Source of the DNA: a virus | Lineage: Duplodnaviria; Caudoviricetes | Virus record (IMG/VR): IMGVR_UViG_3300013105_000003 | Span: 32,001-96,000 of that record | DNA: 64,000 nucleotides | Reading direction: 5' to 3' (one strand) | Shown here: positions 36,841 to 45,663 of the stretch, piece after piece | Layout of the letters: every line of letters begins with the position of its first letter | How positions within the stretch are numbered: the first letter of the stretch is position 1 | Notes under the pieces: generated by a model | Seen by the model: only the letters and a program-made list of their open reading frames with translations | Database searches by the model: none | What the model was told of the DNA's origin: nothing | Made by a program: the position numbers and the translations under genes

Positions 36841-36947
36841 TCAAGCCAGTCTCTGAGTGGTTCGGGATCTCAGAGCCTAAGTGACAGCCGGTAGGTTAGA
36901 GGTGGCCTACCGGCTGTCTACGTCTGGTGAGATTTAATCCCGATCCA
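36841..36947 (+). ncRNA. Putative three-way-junction pseudoknotted RNA
   Basis: Two hairpins in a closing stem; loop TCGGGAT complementary to downstream ATCCCGA. Confidence 0.6.
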
Positions 36948-36950
36948 TAG

Positions 36951-36981
36951 AAAGGCACCTATTTAACATGTAGGTGCCTTT
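36951..36981 (+). terminator. Intrinsic terminator
   Basis: AAAGGCACCTA/TAGGTGCCTTT. Confidence 0.7.
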
Positions 36982-37006
36982 GTGTGTTGTATCTCTCTAA
37001 TTAAGA

Positions 37007-37015
37007 CGATAATAT
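37007..37015 (+). promoter_or_regulatory. CGATAATAT putative phage-sigma promoter
   Basis: After a terminator, before the appendage cassette. Confidence 0.65.
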
Positions 37016-37042
37016 AGATACCACCAGAGAGAAGGTACGGCC

Positions 37043-37759
37043 ATGCCAGCAGACCAACCAGGTGTCTACGAAGGTACTCTAGACCCAGGAACAGTATATG
37101 GAAAATGTTATTTAAATGTATCCTATGCTACGTTTGATACAGCAGACGACGATGACGATTTTCCTGAAAGACGAGTTCCTACTACTGCCTCTCTGACGTT
37201 AACACCAAATGTAGGTGGAGCACTCCTTGGAGCTGACTCCGAAATCATTGTAGTTTCGGCCAAGACTCTTACTACAACTGATGGTCACTTTGAATTCTGG
37301 TGTATAGACGGTAGTCATTCTAGCCTTAATCCAAGTGGGTGGAACTGGAATGCTCGTCTTAATGTTGATGGTGCCTTAATCAACAGCTTTAATTTTACTC
37401 CAGACTCAACAAATGTAGATCCTATTAACCTAGGGACTTTCTTCTCTATAAAAGATGCATCTACAGGAACCGTACTTCTTCCTGGACCTCCTCCTAGCGT
37501 TGAGTGGGTCGGGGATCAGTTAGTAGTTGGTGGTAAAATAGGACCTCATCTAACAGGTGGTGGAGGTTCTGGTGGAGGCACTAGCACTCCGTTATTGGTC
37601 CCAGTGACTTACGACAAGTCCAGTAACACATGGCCCACTCTGGATACCACCTTAGCGAATAACCCAGCTGTCACTTGGCACTTCATTGGCGGATCTGTAG
37701 CTAGTCCACCGCCAACAACTGTATCAGGAACTGCTCTTTGGGATAGGCCCCTGGTCTGA
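37043..37759 (+). CDS. Virion appendage/anchor protein (minor-tail-like)
   Basis: Beta-rich N-terminus, GPPP..W.GDQL...GPHLTG linker, Gly linker; own CGATAATAT site. Confidence 0.55.
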   Translation: MPADQPGVYEGTLDPGTVYGKCYLNVSYATFDTADDDDDFPERRVPTTASLTLTPNVGGALLGADSEIIVVSAKTLTTTDGHFEFWCIDGSHSSLNPSGWNWNARLNVDGALINSFNFTPDSTNVDPINLGTFFSIKDASTGTVLLPGPPPSVEWVGDQLVVGGKIGPHLTGGGGSGGGTSTPLLVPVTYDKSSNTWPTLDTTLANNPAVTWHFIGGSVASPPPTTVSGTALWDRPLV

Positions 37760-38625
37760 TGGCTGTTGAGACATACGTCCGGGAATCCAGTGGGTGGCGG
37801 TCGCTACGTACGGGGTCTCTACTGCTGCCACCTATCCCAGGCGGGTCAGGCATTCTGCCAACCCTGAGCAACACGGGGCCAGACCAGTCTGTGTCACTGA
37901 GTGATTTCTTTGGAGATTACAGCATCACCGACGCAGGTACCCGACTTTCCGGGCTGCATATCAGAGGTAGTCTTAATGTCAATGCAGCTGATGTTGCTGT
38001 CTCTGACTGTATTGTGGATGGGTCTATAAATTTAAATCAAGATGGTAGTGTTGGTACTCCCCCAGCAGGACAAACATTTACACGCGTTAGAGCTTCTTCT
38101 GCGTATAATGCATATGGGTTCCAAGACCTGACTTTCGACCTGTGTCAGTTCACTGCTGAGGGTTCTGGGGAGTACAACTCAACTGAAATGCAGATGCGCT
38201 CTTATACATCTAACCAGCCAGGTCAGACCGCTAAAAACTTGACTGTAAGAAATTCTTACTTTGGTGCTCCACCACACAACGTAACAGGTTCCCATCTACA
38301 AGCCATACACTTGATGGGTGTTCAAGGTGCTCTGATACAGAACAACAATATGGAATACATAGCGCCTGATTCAGACACCAAAGTTTGGGTTACTGCTGTA
38401 CTTTACTGTGAAAACTATGACAGTGAGTGTCAAGACATTACGATAGACTCTAATCGTTTTCGAGGTGGTGGATACTACTGTTTGAACTTCCACGGCAGTA
38501 GGTATGTCATTACAGACAACGACATTGACCCAGACTACGCTGGTGGGTTTAAGTACCCATCCAGTGATCTAACGATTGCGCACCAGGCCGGAAATACCTG
38601 TGGCAGCACATCGGTCACTTTCTAA
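37759..38625 (+). CDS. Right-handed beta-helix protein (possible polysaccharide depolymerase)
   Basis: P..SNTGP start; repeated LTVRNSYF/LIQNNNM/ITIDSNRF..GG.Y rungs. Confidence 0.6.
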   Translation: MAVETYVRESSGWRSLRTGSLLLPPIPGGSGILPTLSNTGPDQSVSLSDFFGDYSITDAGTRLSGLHIRGSLNVNAADVAVSDCIVDGSINLNQDGSVGTPPAGQTFTRVRASSAYNAYGFQDLTFDLCQFTAEGSGEYNSTEMQMRSYTSNQPGQTAKNLTVRNSYFGAPPHNVTGSHLQAIHLMGVQGALIQNNNMEYIAPDSDTKVWVTAVLYCENYDSECQDITIDSNRFRGGGYYCLNFHGSRYVITDNDIDPDYAGGFKYPSSDLTIAHQAGNTCGSTSVTF

Positions 38626-38640
38626 GGAAGGAAAATAAAT

Positions 38641-39501
38641 ATGACTGCTGGAGATGTTGTTCAGTCTAAAGGCACCGTCACAGGGGCATCTACTGTGACT
38701 GTGCTCGCTATCACACTTGCCAGTTCTGTTACACCTGGCAATACTGTAGTGGTTGCTATCGCTCCCACGACCCCGGTGACCTCGACACCCGCAGGGTTCT
38801 CACTTGTGAACACCGACAACAACGGTAACTACCTTTACGCCTCAAGTTCAGCCTCCGGCAGCAGTTGGTCTTTTGGCTTCTCTGGTGGCGCTACTGTTGC
38901 AGCCATAGCTACAGAGTTTGTTGGGGCGGCATCCTTTACTGCGTCCACTTACGCCACTTCCGGGTCGGCAGGAACAGCTGCCAATAGCTCGCCTGTGGCA
39001 GCATCAGCAGGTCAAGTCGCTCTGGCCTACGCTCTGTATGGCAGCACTTCGGCAGTGCCTGCGGTTTCGGCATGGGCCAATGGATTCACTCAAGTCACCC
39101 AATCTGTTGCTACCTCAGGAGGAGGCTTCAACCTCAGAGCTGCACTAGCCACACGGACTTCCGCTGGTGGGCCTGAGAGCACTACAGCTACCTTCCCAAG
39201 CGCCGTTAACTGGACATTAGTGACTGCGGTTGCAAGCTTTGCTGTTCTTACCCCGTTGAGTACTCCAGTGGTCACATTGGGTAACACAGTGAACCCAACG
39301 TCGTCTTCTGCGTCTGACGGATCACAGGTTGTTACGTGGCCCGCTGTCGCTAACGCAACCAGCTACGAAGCTTGGTCTACCACTAAAGCTAATCCAGCAC
39401 AGGGTGACTTCGTGTTGGTAGCCTCAGGCGTCACGTCTCCGTACCAATTTGTAAATTTGTCAAACGGAACCTATAGCTTCGGAATTAAGGCGAAGGCTTA
39501 A
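38641..39501 (+). CDS. Ala/Ser/Thr-rich structural protein ending in an incomplete FN3-like domain
   Basis: VTWPAVANATSYE...NLSNGTYSFGIKAKA-stop; strong RBS. Confidence 0.65.
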   Translation: MTAGDVVQSKGTVTGASTVTVLAITLASSVTPGNTVVVAIAPTTPVTSTPAGFSLVNTDNNGNYLYASSSASGSSWSFGFSGGATVAAIATEFVGAASFTASTYATSGSAGTAANSSPVAASAGQVALAYALYGSTSAVPAVSAWANGFTQVTQSVATSGGGFNLRAALATRTSAGGPESTTATFPSAVNWTLVTAVASFAVLTPLSTPVVTLGNTVNPTSSSASDGSQVVTWPAVANATSYEAWSTTKANPAQGDFVLVASGVTSPYQFVNLSNGTYSFGIKAKA

Positions 39502-39503
39502 GC

Positions 39504-39785
39504 GTGGCCGGGTACTTGGATTCATCTATAGGATATGTCAGTAAAAAAATTGGCTTATCAGGTTTTTCCGACTCGTCTATAGGCTATGCAACTAAAAAAA
39601 TTGGCCTGCCCCTGTACTCTGACTCACCTATAGGCTATGCAACTAAAAAAATTGGACTGCAGACGTATCGAGACTCCGAAATAGGTTTTAACACTAAGCA
39701 AGTTGGTGTTCCACAAGCCACCAGGTTTTTGTTTGTCTCAGGAGCTTGGATTCCCACCGAGACGACGATAGTTACTAGAGCCTGA
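39504..39785 (+). CDS. Small protein with four 17-aa repeats
   Basis: DS[SPE]IG[YF]xxKxxG repeated at 51-nt period. Confidence 0.65.
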   Translation: MAGYLDSSIGYVSKKIGLSGFSDSSIGYATKKIGLPLYSDSPIGYATKKIGLQTYRDSEIGFNTKQVGVPQATRFLFVSGAWIPTETTIVTRA

Positions 39786-39873
39786 TGGTTGGTAGGGCCA
39801 GCTACCCTTAGGATAAGCTATTTGCTTCCTCAGAACCTAATAACACTAGTACCAGAAGTGTTATAATAGAAGA

Positions 39874-40956
39874 ATGACGATAAACTCTCTTCTAGTAACT
39901 GACTTTCAGTCAATAAAGAAAGCCAAGGTTGACTTTTCCTCCAAACCAAGCGGAGGGTCTGTCACTACTTTCGTTGGTCCTTCCTCTACTGGTAAGTCTG
40001 CACTTCTTAGAGCACTAAAGATGGTAATGAGAAATACCTCTTCTGCTCCTGTGAGAATCCAGGAAGCTGCTGCAAAGACTACTGTTACAGCTGACATTGA
40101 TGGAACACCTGTAAGAATCGAACGAGGTAAGTCTCTCTCAACATATTTCATTGGTACTGAGAAGTACTCTAAGGCAGGTACGTCTGTACCTCAAGCTGTC
40201 CAAGATGTGCTAAAGTTAGATGATTCTCCTGTAGAATTGCATGTGGCTTTCCAGTTCGACAAGCCATACCTACTTGATGAGTCAGGTACTACAGTCTCTG
40301 CTATCATCGGTAAGCTAACTCACGCTAACACTCTACGTCTAGCTGTCAAAGAAGGAAACCGAAGGTCACTAGAGTCTAGTAGATTACTGAAGACACGAAT
40401 AACTGACCTAGAGAAAGCACGAGAGCAGTTAGTAGAGTATCAGTGGGTAGACCAATCTACTACAGAAGTTGCCGAAGCTAAGGAACTATTAACTTATTTC
40501 AAAAGTCTCACCAACAAAGTTGCTACTGTAGATGTAGCTAGAACTACTACCAAGGCAAGTCAGCAGAAGTACCTACAAGCCTCTCAGAACGTCTCAGATC
40601 ACCCAGACGTATCAGCGGAGCTAGAGAAGGCTACAGACCTCTTACAACGCTCTGTGAAGGCTTACTCGGTACTAACCATGATAGAGGACAAGAAGTTCTT
40701 TGCTAAGAAGTTGTTGGATAAGAAGCCTGTCACGTTTGACAGCGCAGAACTTGATGTGATAGACTCGTACTACGACAAGATCGCCGCAGTAAAGAAGCTA
40801 GTGTCCGACACTAAGACTACCCTTAGTAAGTTCCAAGCACTTAAAACTCAGATTAATACCCTTAAGGAAGCCTCAGAGGATGCTCAGGAAGTTTATAATC
40901 TCACTCTACGGAGAGCAAATTACTGCCCAACCTGTGGTAACAGCGTCTGTTCCTGA
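39874..40956 (+). CDS. SbcC/Rad50-like ATPase, N-terminal half only
   Basis: DFQS, GPSSTGKSALLRAL, Q-loop, coiled coil, terminal CPTCG hook. Confidence 0.8.
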   Translation: MTINSLLVTDFQSIKKAKVDFSSKPSGGSVTTFVGPSSTGKSALLRALKMVMRNTSSAPVRIQEAAAKTTVTADIDGTPVRIERGKSLSTYFIGTEKYSKAGTSVPQAVQDVLKLDDSPVELHVAFQFDKPYLLDESGTTVSAIIGKLTHANTLRLAVKEGNRRSLESSRLLKTRITDLEKAREQLVEYQWVDQSTTEVAEAKELLTYFKSLTNKVATVDVARTTTKASQQKYLQASQNVSDHPDVSAELEKATDLLQRSVKAYSVLTMIEDKKFFAKKLLDKKPVTFDSAELDVIDSYYDKIAAVKKLVSDTKTTLSKFQALKTQINTLKEASEDAQEVYNLTLRRANYCPTCGNSVCS

Positions 40957-41149
40957 GAAAGCTGACTACCTTATTGATCTTGGAGTTATTCTAACGTCAA
41001 TCATCTTGAGCATCTTTATAGGGTGGGGAGTAGGGGTAGCTCTGCACAACACTTCTACTGTACTTACAGTAGATGCTCTACTCACAGTAGTTATTGGTAC
41101 AGTCTCTTACTTTACTGCTTTTTATATTAAGGAAAAGATTTATGGTTAA
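40880..41149 (+). CDS. Two-TM membrane protein (start uncertain)
   Basis: Two hydrophobic helices. Confidence 0.45.
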   Translation: MLRKFIISLYGEQITAQPVVTASVPEKADYLIDLGVILTSIILSIFIGWGVGVALHNTSTVLTVDALLTVVIGTVSYFTAFYIKEKIYG

Positions 41150-41381
41150 GCTTCCCGAGGAAATTGGCAAGAGTCAGACTGCTAGTAGTTCCAAGCTTGT
41201 TCAAACTCTACAAGCTTACGAGAAGTTTCTGGTAGATGTTCACAGAGTGGCATTTATGACGTACAATCAAACCCCTGCTGAAGTTGAAGCAGGAGAATAC
41301 GATATTGTGTATCTTTATGAGAGCATGGATGCAATTCGCTTAGCTGTGAGTGAGTTTGTTGAGACTTGGAATAACATCTGA
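41142..41381 (+). CDS. Hypothetical protein
   Basis: RBS AAGGA before ATG 41142. Confidence 0.5.
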   Translation: MVKLPEEIGKSQTASSSKLVQTLQAYEKFLVDVHRVAFMTYNQTPAEVEAGEYDIVYLYESMDAIRLAVSEFVETWNNI

Positions 41382-41540
41382 TGAAAGCAAACAACATGGA
41401 AATTGATGACGGAATGGTTGTGTCTCGTGCTAGATACAACTTTCTTAAGGCGGAAATTGAAAGCCTCAACATTTTAGTTGCTTCTCAGAAAGAGACCATT
41501 GAGTCACTTAATGAAGCTATCGACTCCTACAGTAAGATGA

Positions 41541-42128
41541 GTGAAAATGAGTGATGAAGAGCGTCAGAAGTGGTCTGACTACCTTACCCCAGAACAAACA
41601 CCCACCTACGGGACGTACCAAGACCGAAAGCCAGAGTACGAACAAGTTTGGAGCACCCTCTACCTAGACTTAGGATTTAGAGAAGATTCCCTAGTCCTAG
41701 ACTTAGGTGCTGGTTCATGTGATATGGACCGATACATGCGTGAGGTGTCTACAGGATCATTCAAGTACCTCCCTGTAGATGGTGCTACATTTGGTAGAGA
41801 CTTTAACTCACCAGACTTTTGGGACTGGGCACACGAGACATTCCCCACAGTTGATTACGTAGTCTCTATTGAGACTATTGAGCATGTGTTTGATTACCGT
41901 CCATTCTTTGAATTCGTTGATAATAAGGCTCGTAGGGGTGCTGTAATAACTACACCAAACGGAGCAGCAGGCTTCGATGTTCAAGCCCAAGACCCCACTC
42001 ATTACTCAGCTTTGACTGAGACAGTATTTAATAGATTTGGTTACTCAGTAAGACAGGTTTCTTTCTGTGGCCGAAGTCAAGTAGCTGGTCAAGGTGACGC
42101 ACTTATTGCATGGAAGAGTTTTGTATGA
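41541..42128 (+). CDS. Class I SAM-dependent methyltransferase
   Basis: VLDLGAGS, DYVVSIETIEHV, ITTPN. Confidence 0.8.
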   Translation: MKMSDEERQKWSDYLTPEQTPTYGTYQDRKPEYEQVWSTLYLDLGFREDSLVLDLGAGSCDMDRYMREVSTGSFKYLPVDGATFGRDFNSPDFWDWAHETFPTVDYVVSIETIEHVFDYRPFFEFVDNKARRGAVITTPNGAAGFDVQAQDPTHYSALTETVFNRFGYSVRQVSFCGRSQVAGQGDALIAWKSFV

Positions 42129-42469
42129 CAACTTATGAAGAGTACCTAGAACGATTTGCATACCTTATCACTAAGTTAGATGACGAGAATGCTGCCTGGC
42201 TTGTTATGAGTATTGAAGCAGATTCAGTAGTAACCCTCTCATTTATTAGTGATTTGATGTACGACAAGTTTGACAAGACAGCAGATCACCTATACACTAT
42301 GTACACACTTTCTGGAGTAAGTTACGAGTCTGTAGAAAAGGCTGTGAAGTTTCTCAAGGATGAGTACACAGTACGTAATTTGCCTACCGGAGTAAGCTCT
42401 GATACCATGTTACACAAGAGTCAAGTAGTTGACTACCTCAATAACCAATCAAAAGGATACGATCTTTAA
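42110..42469 (+). CDS. Hypothetical protein
   Basis: Tiles operon. Confidence 0.5.
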   Translation: MEEFCMTTYEEYLERFAYLITKLDDENAAWLVMSIEADSVVTLSFISDLMYDKFDKTADHLYTMYTLSGVSYESVEKAVKFLKDEYTVRNLPTGVSSDTMLHKSQVVDYLNNQSKGYDL

Positions 42470-42666
42470 TGCTAACTGCAACACTTACAGATGCCACACC
42501 AGAACTAGACACTCTCTCTGTCTACAAGGATAACCGAGCCGTAGACCGTATCAAGGTAGCACCTACGGGCAGTGCAGTTGACTACGAGAAGGCTCTCCGT
42601 GACGCTGGTTACCTTCCTGTTTCTTTTGATGGTGATTTCTGGACGGTAGAAGAAGTAGCTGCCTGA
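42469..42666 (+). CDS. Hypothetical protein
   Basis: RBS AAAGGA. Confidence 0.55.
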   Translation: MLTATLTDATPELDTLSVYKDNRAVDRIKVAPTGSAVDYEKALRDAGYLPVSFDGDFWTVEEVAA

Positions 42667-42671
42667 GTTAA

Positions 42672-42701
42672 TTGACACCACAGGTGACTAGGGTGTAGAG
42701 T
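42672..42701 (+). promoter_or_regulatory. Sigma-A-type promoter
   Basis: TTGACA-18-TAGAGT. Confidence 0.55.
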
Positions 42702-42734
42702 GGTGCTTACCAACAACGAAGAAGGAGCATCACT

Positions 42735-42929
42735 ATGTCACACACTACGAAGACTCACAAGCGACCTTGCCGTAAGCACAAGTATCGGGATGAGATTGCA
42801 GCTAAGCTGGCTCTTGCCAAGATTGTTCGTCAAGATAAGGCATACCGTTCTAAGACCGAATGCCGTGCCTACAAGTGTCCCTCCTGCCATAAGTACCACT
42901 TGACTAGTATGGAGAAGTACAGTGTCTGA
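42735..42929 (+). CDS. Small basic zinc-binding phage protein
   Basis: C.K..Y...RAYKCPSC..YHLTS; RBS AAGGAG. Confidence 0.7.
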   Translation: MSHTTKTHKRPCRKHKYRDEIAAKLALAKIVRQDKAYRSKTECRAYKCPSCHKYHLTSMEKYSV

Positions 42930-43131
42930 CGAGTATGTGTGGGTCGTCTACAGTAACTGTGATTGTGAAGAGTCTTACTGCTATGGTAAGGCTGATATTG
43001 AAGTATTTGTCTCTGAGCAGACTGCTAAGCAAGCTGCACAGAAGCGTTCCACCGAATATGGGAACTGCACAGGGCGTCCTGATATGCATATAGAGAAGGT
43101 CAAGATTTCTATAAAGGTTCGGAGTTACTAA
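42922..43131 (+). CDS. Hypothetical protein
   Basis: Tiles operon. Confidence 0.5.
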   Translation: MSDEYVWVVYSNCDCEESYCYGKADIEVFVSEQTAKQAAQKRSTEYGNCTGRPDMHIEKVKISIKVRSY

Positions 43132-43281
43132 TGTCTGAAGATATGAAGAACATGTACCTTGATTTTGAAAGCAGGGTCAAGGATCGTATTGTAGAGTTTT
43201 CTCGTAACTTTGGAGAGAACGCAGAGATTTATATGGGTTATGAGCCTAAGGCCAGCGAAACAGGAGATGTAGGGTACGATT

Positions 43282-43869
43282 GTGAGTAATGACTTTAGTA
43301 AGTTCACTGAGGGTGACCTGGTAGTTCTACACTTCCCAAACAGCCGTGATATTACAGATGAAGTAGTTTCTGCTACAGAAAACGAACTTAAGACTCTTAA
43401 ATACACCGTTTACTCACATGACACCGTTAGCGTATCTAAGGTTATATGGGAAAACACCACACCAGTTAAAGACTTATCTACTTCCAGTGAGGTTCGTGAA
43501 ACATCATCTACTGGTGGACAAAAAGGATCTAAGCTTGCAAAGTTCTCCTTGATCCCAGAGGATTCTCTGTGGCAACTTGCAGAGGCATATGGCATTAATC
43601 TAGAAAAGTACCCTAAGTCTGATATTGGACTAGAAAACTGGCGCTATGGGTATGAGTGGTCACTGTCTTATGATGCTGCTGAGCGCCACCTACGACAGTC
43701 TCTAGCTGGAGAGAAGTATGACCCAGATAATGGCGTTAATCATCTCATTTCCTGTGCCTGGCATTGTCTAGCCCTAGTTCATTACATGGGACGAGAAGAC
43801 TTGCAGCACTTTGACGACCGCCAGTCTACTATTTTGAAGAAGTATTTGGAGAATAAAGAAAATGACTGA
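43282..43869 (+). CDS. dATP/dGTP diphosphohydrolase-domain (DUF5664-like) protein
   Basis: GGQK...SLIP...KY...NWRYG..WS..YDAAERHL...DPDNG.NHL...AW. Confidence 0.75.
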   Translation: MSNDFSKFTEGDLVVLHFPNSRDITDEVVSATENELKTLKYTVYSHDTVSVSKVIWENTTPVKDLSTSSEVRETSSTGGQKGSKLAKFSLIPEDSLWQLAEAYGINLEKYPKSDIGLENWRYGYEWSLSYDAAERHLRQSLAGEKYDPDNGVNHLISCAWHCLALVHYMGREDLQHFDDRQSTILKKYLENKEND

Positions 43870-44446
43870 TTTCCAAAAAGGTGACGTAATTTGGGCATCT
43901 TGTGGTCCCTACTCAAGAGTAGGTGTGCTTAAGTCTGCTCCTTACTCTACCTTCCCCTATGCTCTTCTGGAAGATGGTTGGTGGTTTTACCCTCGTGACC
44001 TGACTCTTATTGGCGGACCACGCATGGAGTTTTTACCAGGAGATATAGTTGATATTTCTGAAGACGCTAAAGCTGGAATTGCTGCAAGGCTACCTAGTGC
44101 AGCTGCTGGAAAGCGAGAAACAGTAGAGAGCCTACTGTGTGGGGAAGAGGCTTTTTATATTACCACTACGGGGTGTGTGCCTGGAGAGTATCTTACTCTA
44201 GTTAAGCGTGATGGGTATATTGACCTTACTGATCGTATTCCTACGTCAACACTAGGACAACGAGTAGAAGAATATACTGAAAAGGAAGAACCAATGGAAG
44301 TAGTATCGGATTCAGAGGACTTCCGGCAACATGCTAGTGGAGAAACAGAAACACTAGGCACTTGGTCTGCTGTAGGAGACGATGATTCGCTAATTTATGT
44401 TGTGGAAGGTGGGCCAGCTTACCGAGTATGGATTGATAAGCTGTAA
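43862..44446 (+). CDS. Hypothetical protein
   Basis: Tiles operon. Confidence 0.55.
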   Translation: MTDFQKGDVIWASCGPYSRVGVLKSAPYSTFPYALLEDGWWFYPRDLTLIGGPRMEFLPGDIVDISEDAKAGIAARLPSAAAGKRETVESLLCGEEAFYITTTGCVPGEYLTLVKRDGYIDLTDRIPTSTLGQRVEEYTEKEEPMEVVSDSEDFRQHASGETETLGTWSAVGDDDSLIYVVEGGPAYRVWIDKL

Positions 44447-44452
44447 CTTAAT

Positions 44453-44800
44453 ATGTTTGGAACATACCCAAAACCTGTGAAGTATAAGAATCCGACAGTG
44501 CAGTACATGTGTGAGCACCTGGGACGTACTCTAGTGTCACTAATGCTTAATCTAAAAGATCCTCAGAAGGCTGTCCTATCAGAAGGTGACAGTGAGGCTC
44601 TACAGCTTATGTACGAGCTATACACATCTAGAGTAGAGGATTGTGGTCAAGGTATTGCAGTTATTCAATTCACTGCAATGGGAGGGTACGATATCTCAGT
44701 AGCTGAGAGCATCCGAGAAGGTGACTACGTGCAAGCTAGGCGTAGCTCTGAGTACTGGCGTGATGTAGAAAGTGGTCGCATAGATCCTATGGGCTGGTAG
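44453..44800 (+). CDS. Hypothetical protein
   Basis: Tiles operon. Confidence 0.55.
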   Translation: MFGTYPKPVKYKNPTVQYMCEHLGRTLVSLMLNLKDPQKAVLSEGDSEALQLMYELYTSRVEDCGQGIAVIQFTAMGGYDISVAESIREGDYVQARRSSEYWRDVESGRIDPMGW

Positions 44801-44829
44801 TTGACACTTAGAAGGAAGTAGGGTATAGT
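44801..44829 (+). promoter_or_regulatory. Sigma-A-type promoter for a leaderless gene
   Basis: TTGACA-17-TATAGT, ATG 7 nt downstream. Confidence 0.7.
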
Positions 44830-44836
44830 CTCTCTT

Positions 44837-45118
44837 ATGAGCAAGCAACAGTGGCTGTGGGCCGAGACAGATTTCGTGGAGATTGACTACCCAACTAGGG
44901 AACATAATCCTCCTAAGTACCTGTGCTTTCTAGATGTTCGGCAGGCGTGGGTTGAGTTCGAGGAAGTCACCACTCCTGATGACTTTGACGAGTTTTACCT
45001 TAACCACGACGGAACTACGCTTGGTGTTGTCAAAGCTGTAAAGAAAGAGTTTGGTGTGACACTCAAGCCTCGTCCTGACCTTGGAACAATTGTATTTGAA
45101 ATTATGGATGGTGTATGA
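44837..45118 (+). CDS. Hypothetical protein
   Basis: Leaderless start. Confidence 0.6.
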   Translation: MSKQQWLWAETDFVEIDYPTREHNPPKYLCFLDVRQAWVEFEEVTTPDDFDEFYLNHDGTTLGVVKAVKKEFGVTLKPRPDLGTIVFEIMDGV

Positions 45119-45663
45119 TAATGACTCTTAACACAAGTGTTCTAATTCTTGATCCTACAGACCGTGATGAGCTATATGAGTTTGTCAATGGCCTACTAGT
45201 ACTGTCTTCTGAGTTTGATAGTGACTTTGTTCCTGAAAAGTCTGTCACTGAGTTCGGTATAGGTAATCATCTAGGTCAAGGTCTGCCAGCTATTCTTGAC
45301 ATAGATGCTCATGCTGATGGAAAGACAATGATTACTCCAGAGCACAGTGACTACTGTGAGGATGACTGTGAGCATTGGTCATGCACCACCTCTCGTTATG
45401 CTGAGATTAGTTTTGACACTGCATATGGGTACAGGGGTCCAGCAGGAGAAAACTGCAATACTCTCCACATGTCTTACATTCTCAACATCGCAGAATGGGC
45501 CAAGGAGCGTAACCTACGGGTTATGTGGAGTAATGAGTACACAGGAGAGCTACACTCACCTGATGATACTGCAGCTATTGTAAAATTTCTTGGCTCTGGT
45601 GACGATGCTATGAAGTGGTTTAATGATACTGTAGCTAAGCTGTTTTCCGAAGGCACCTTGTGA
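45115..45663 (+). CDS. Hypothetical protein
   Basis: GQGLPA, FDTAYGY and W.NEYTGE motifs. Confidence 0.6.
   Translation: MIMTLNTSVLILDPTDRDELYEFVNGLLVLSSEFDSDFVPEKSVTEFGIGNHLGQGLPAILDIDAHADGKTMITPEHSDYCEDDCEHWSCTTSRYAEISFDTAYGYRGPAGENCNTLHMSYILNIAEWAKERNLRVMWSNEYTGELHSPDDTAAIVKFLGSGDDAMKWFNDTVAKLFSEGTL

Noticed and set aside
36828-36947. tRNA-associated HDV-like (theta) ribozyme
   Set aside because: The structure does not start at the tRNA 3' end, and the P1-P2-P3-P1.1-P4 order could not be drawn.
39510-39710. 51-nt periodic repeats as a CRISPR or mini-array
   Set aside because: The period is a multiple of three, variation preserves the peptide, and no cas genes are present.
43282-43869. 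2-aminoadenine (Z) genome system
   Set aside because: No PurZ-like gene in the window; this domain also occurs without Z synthesis.
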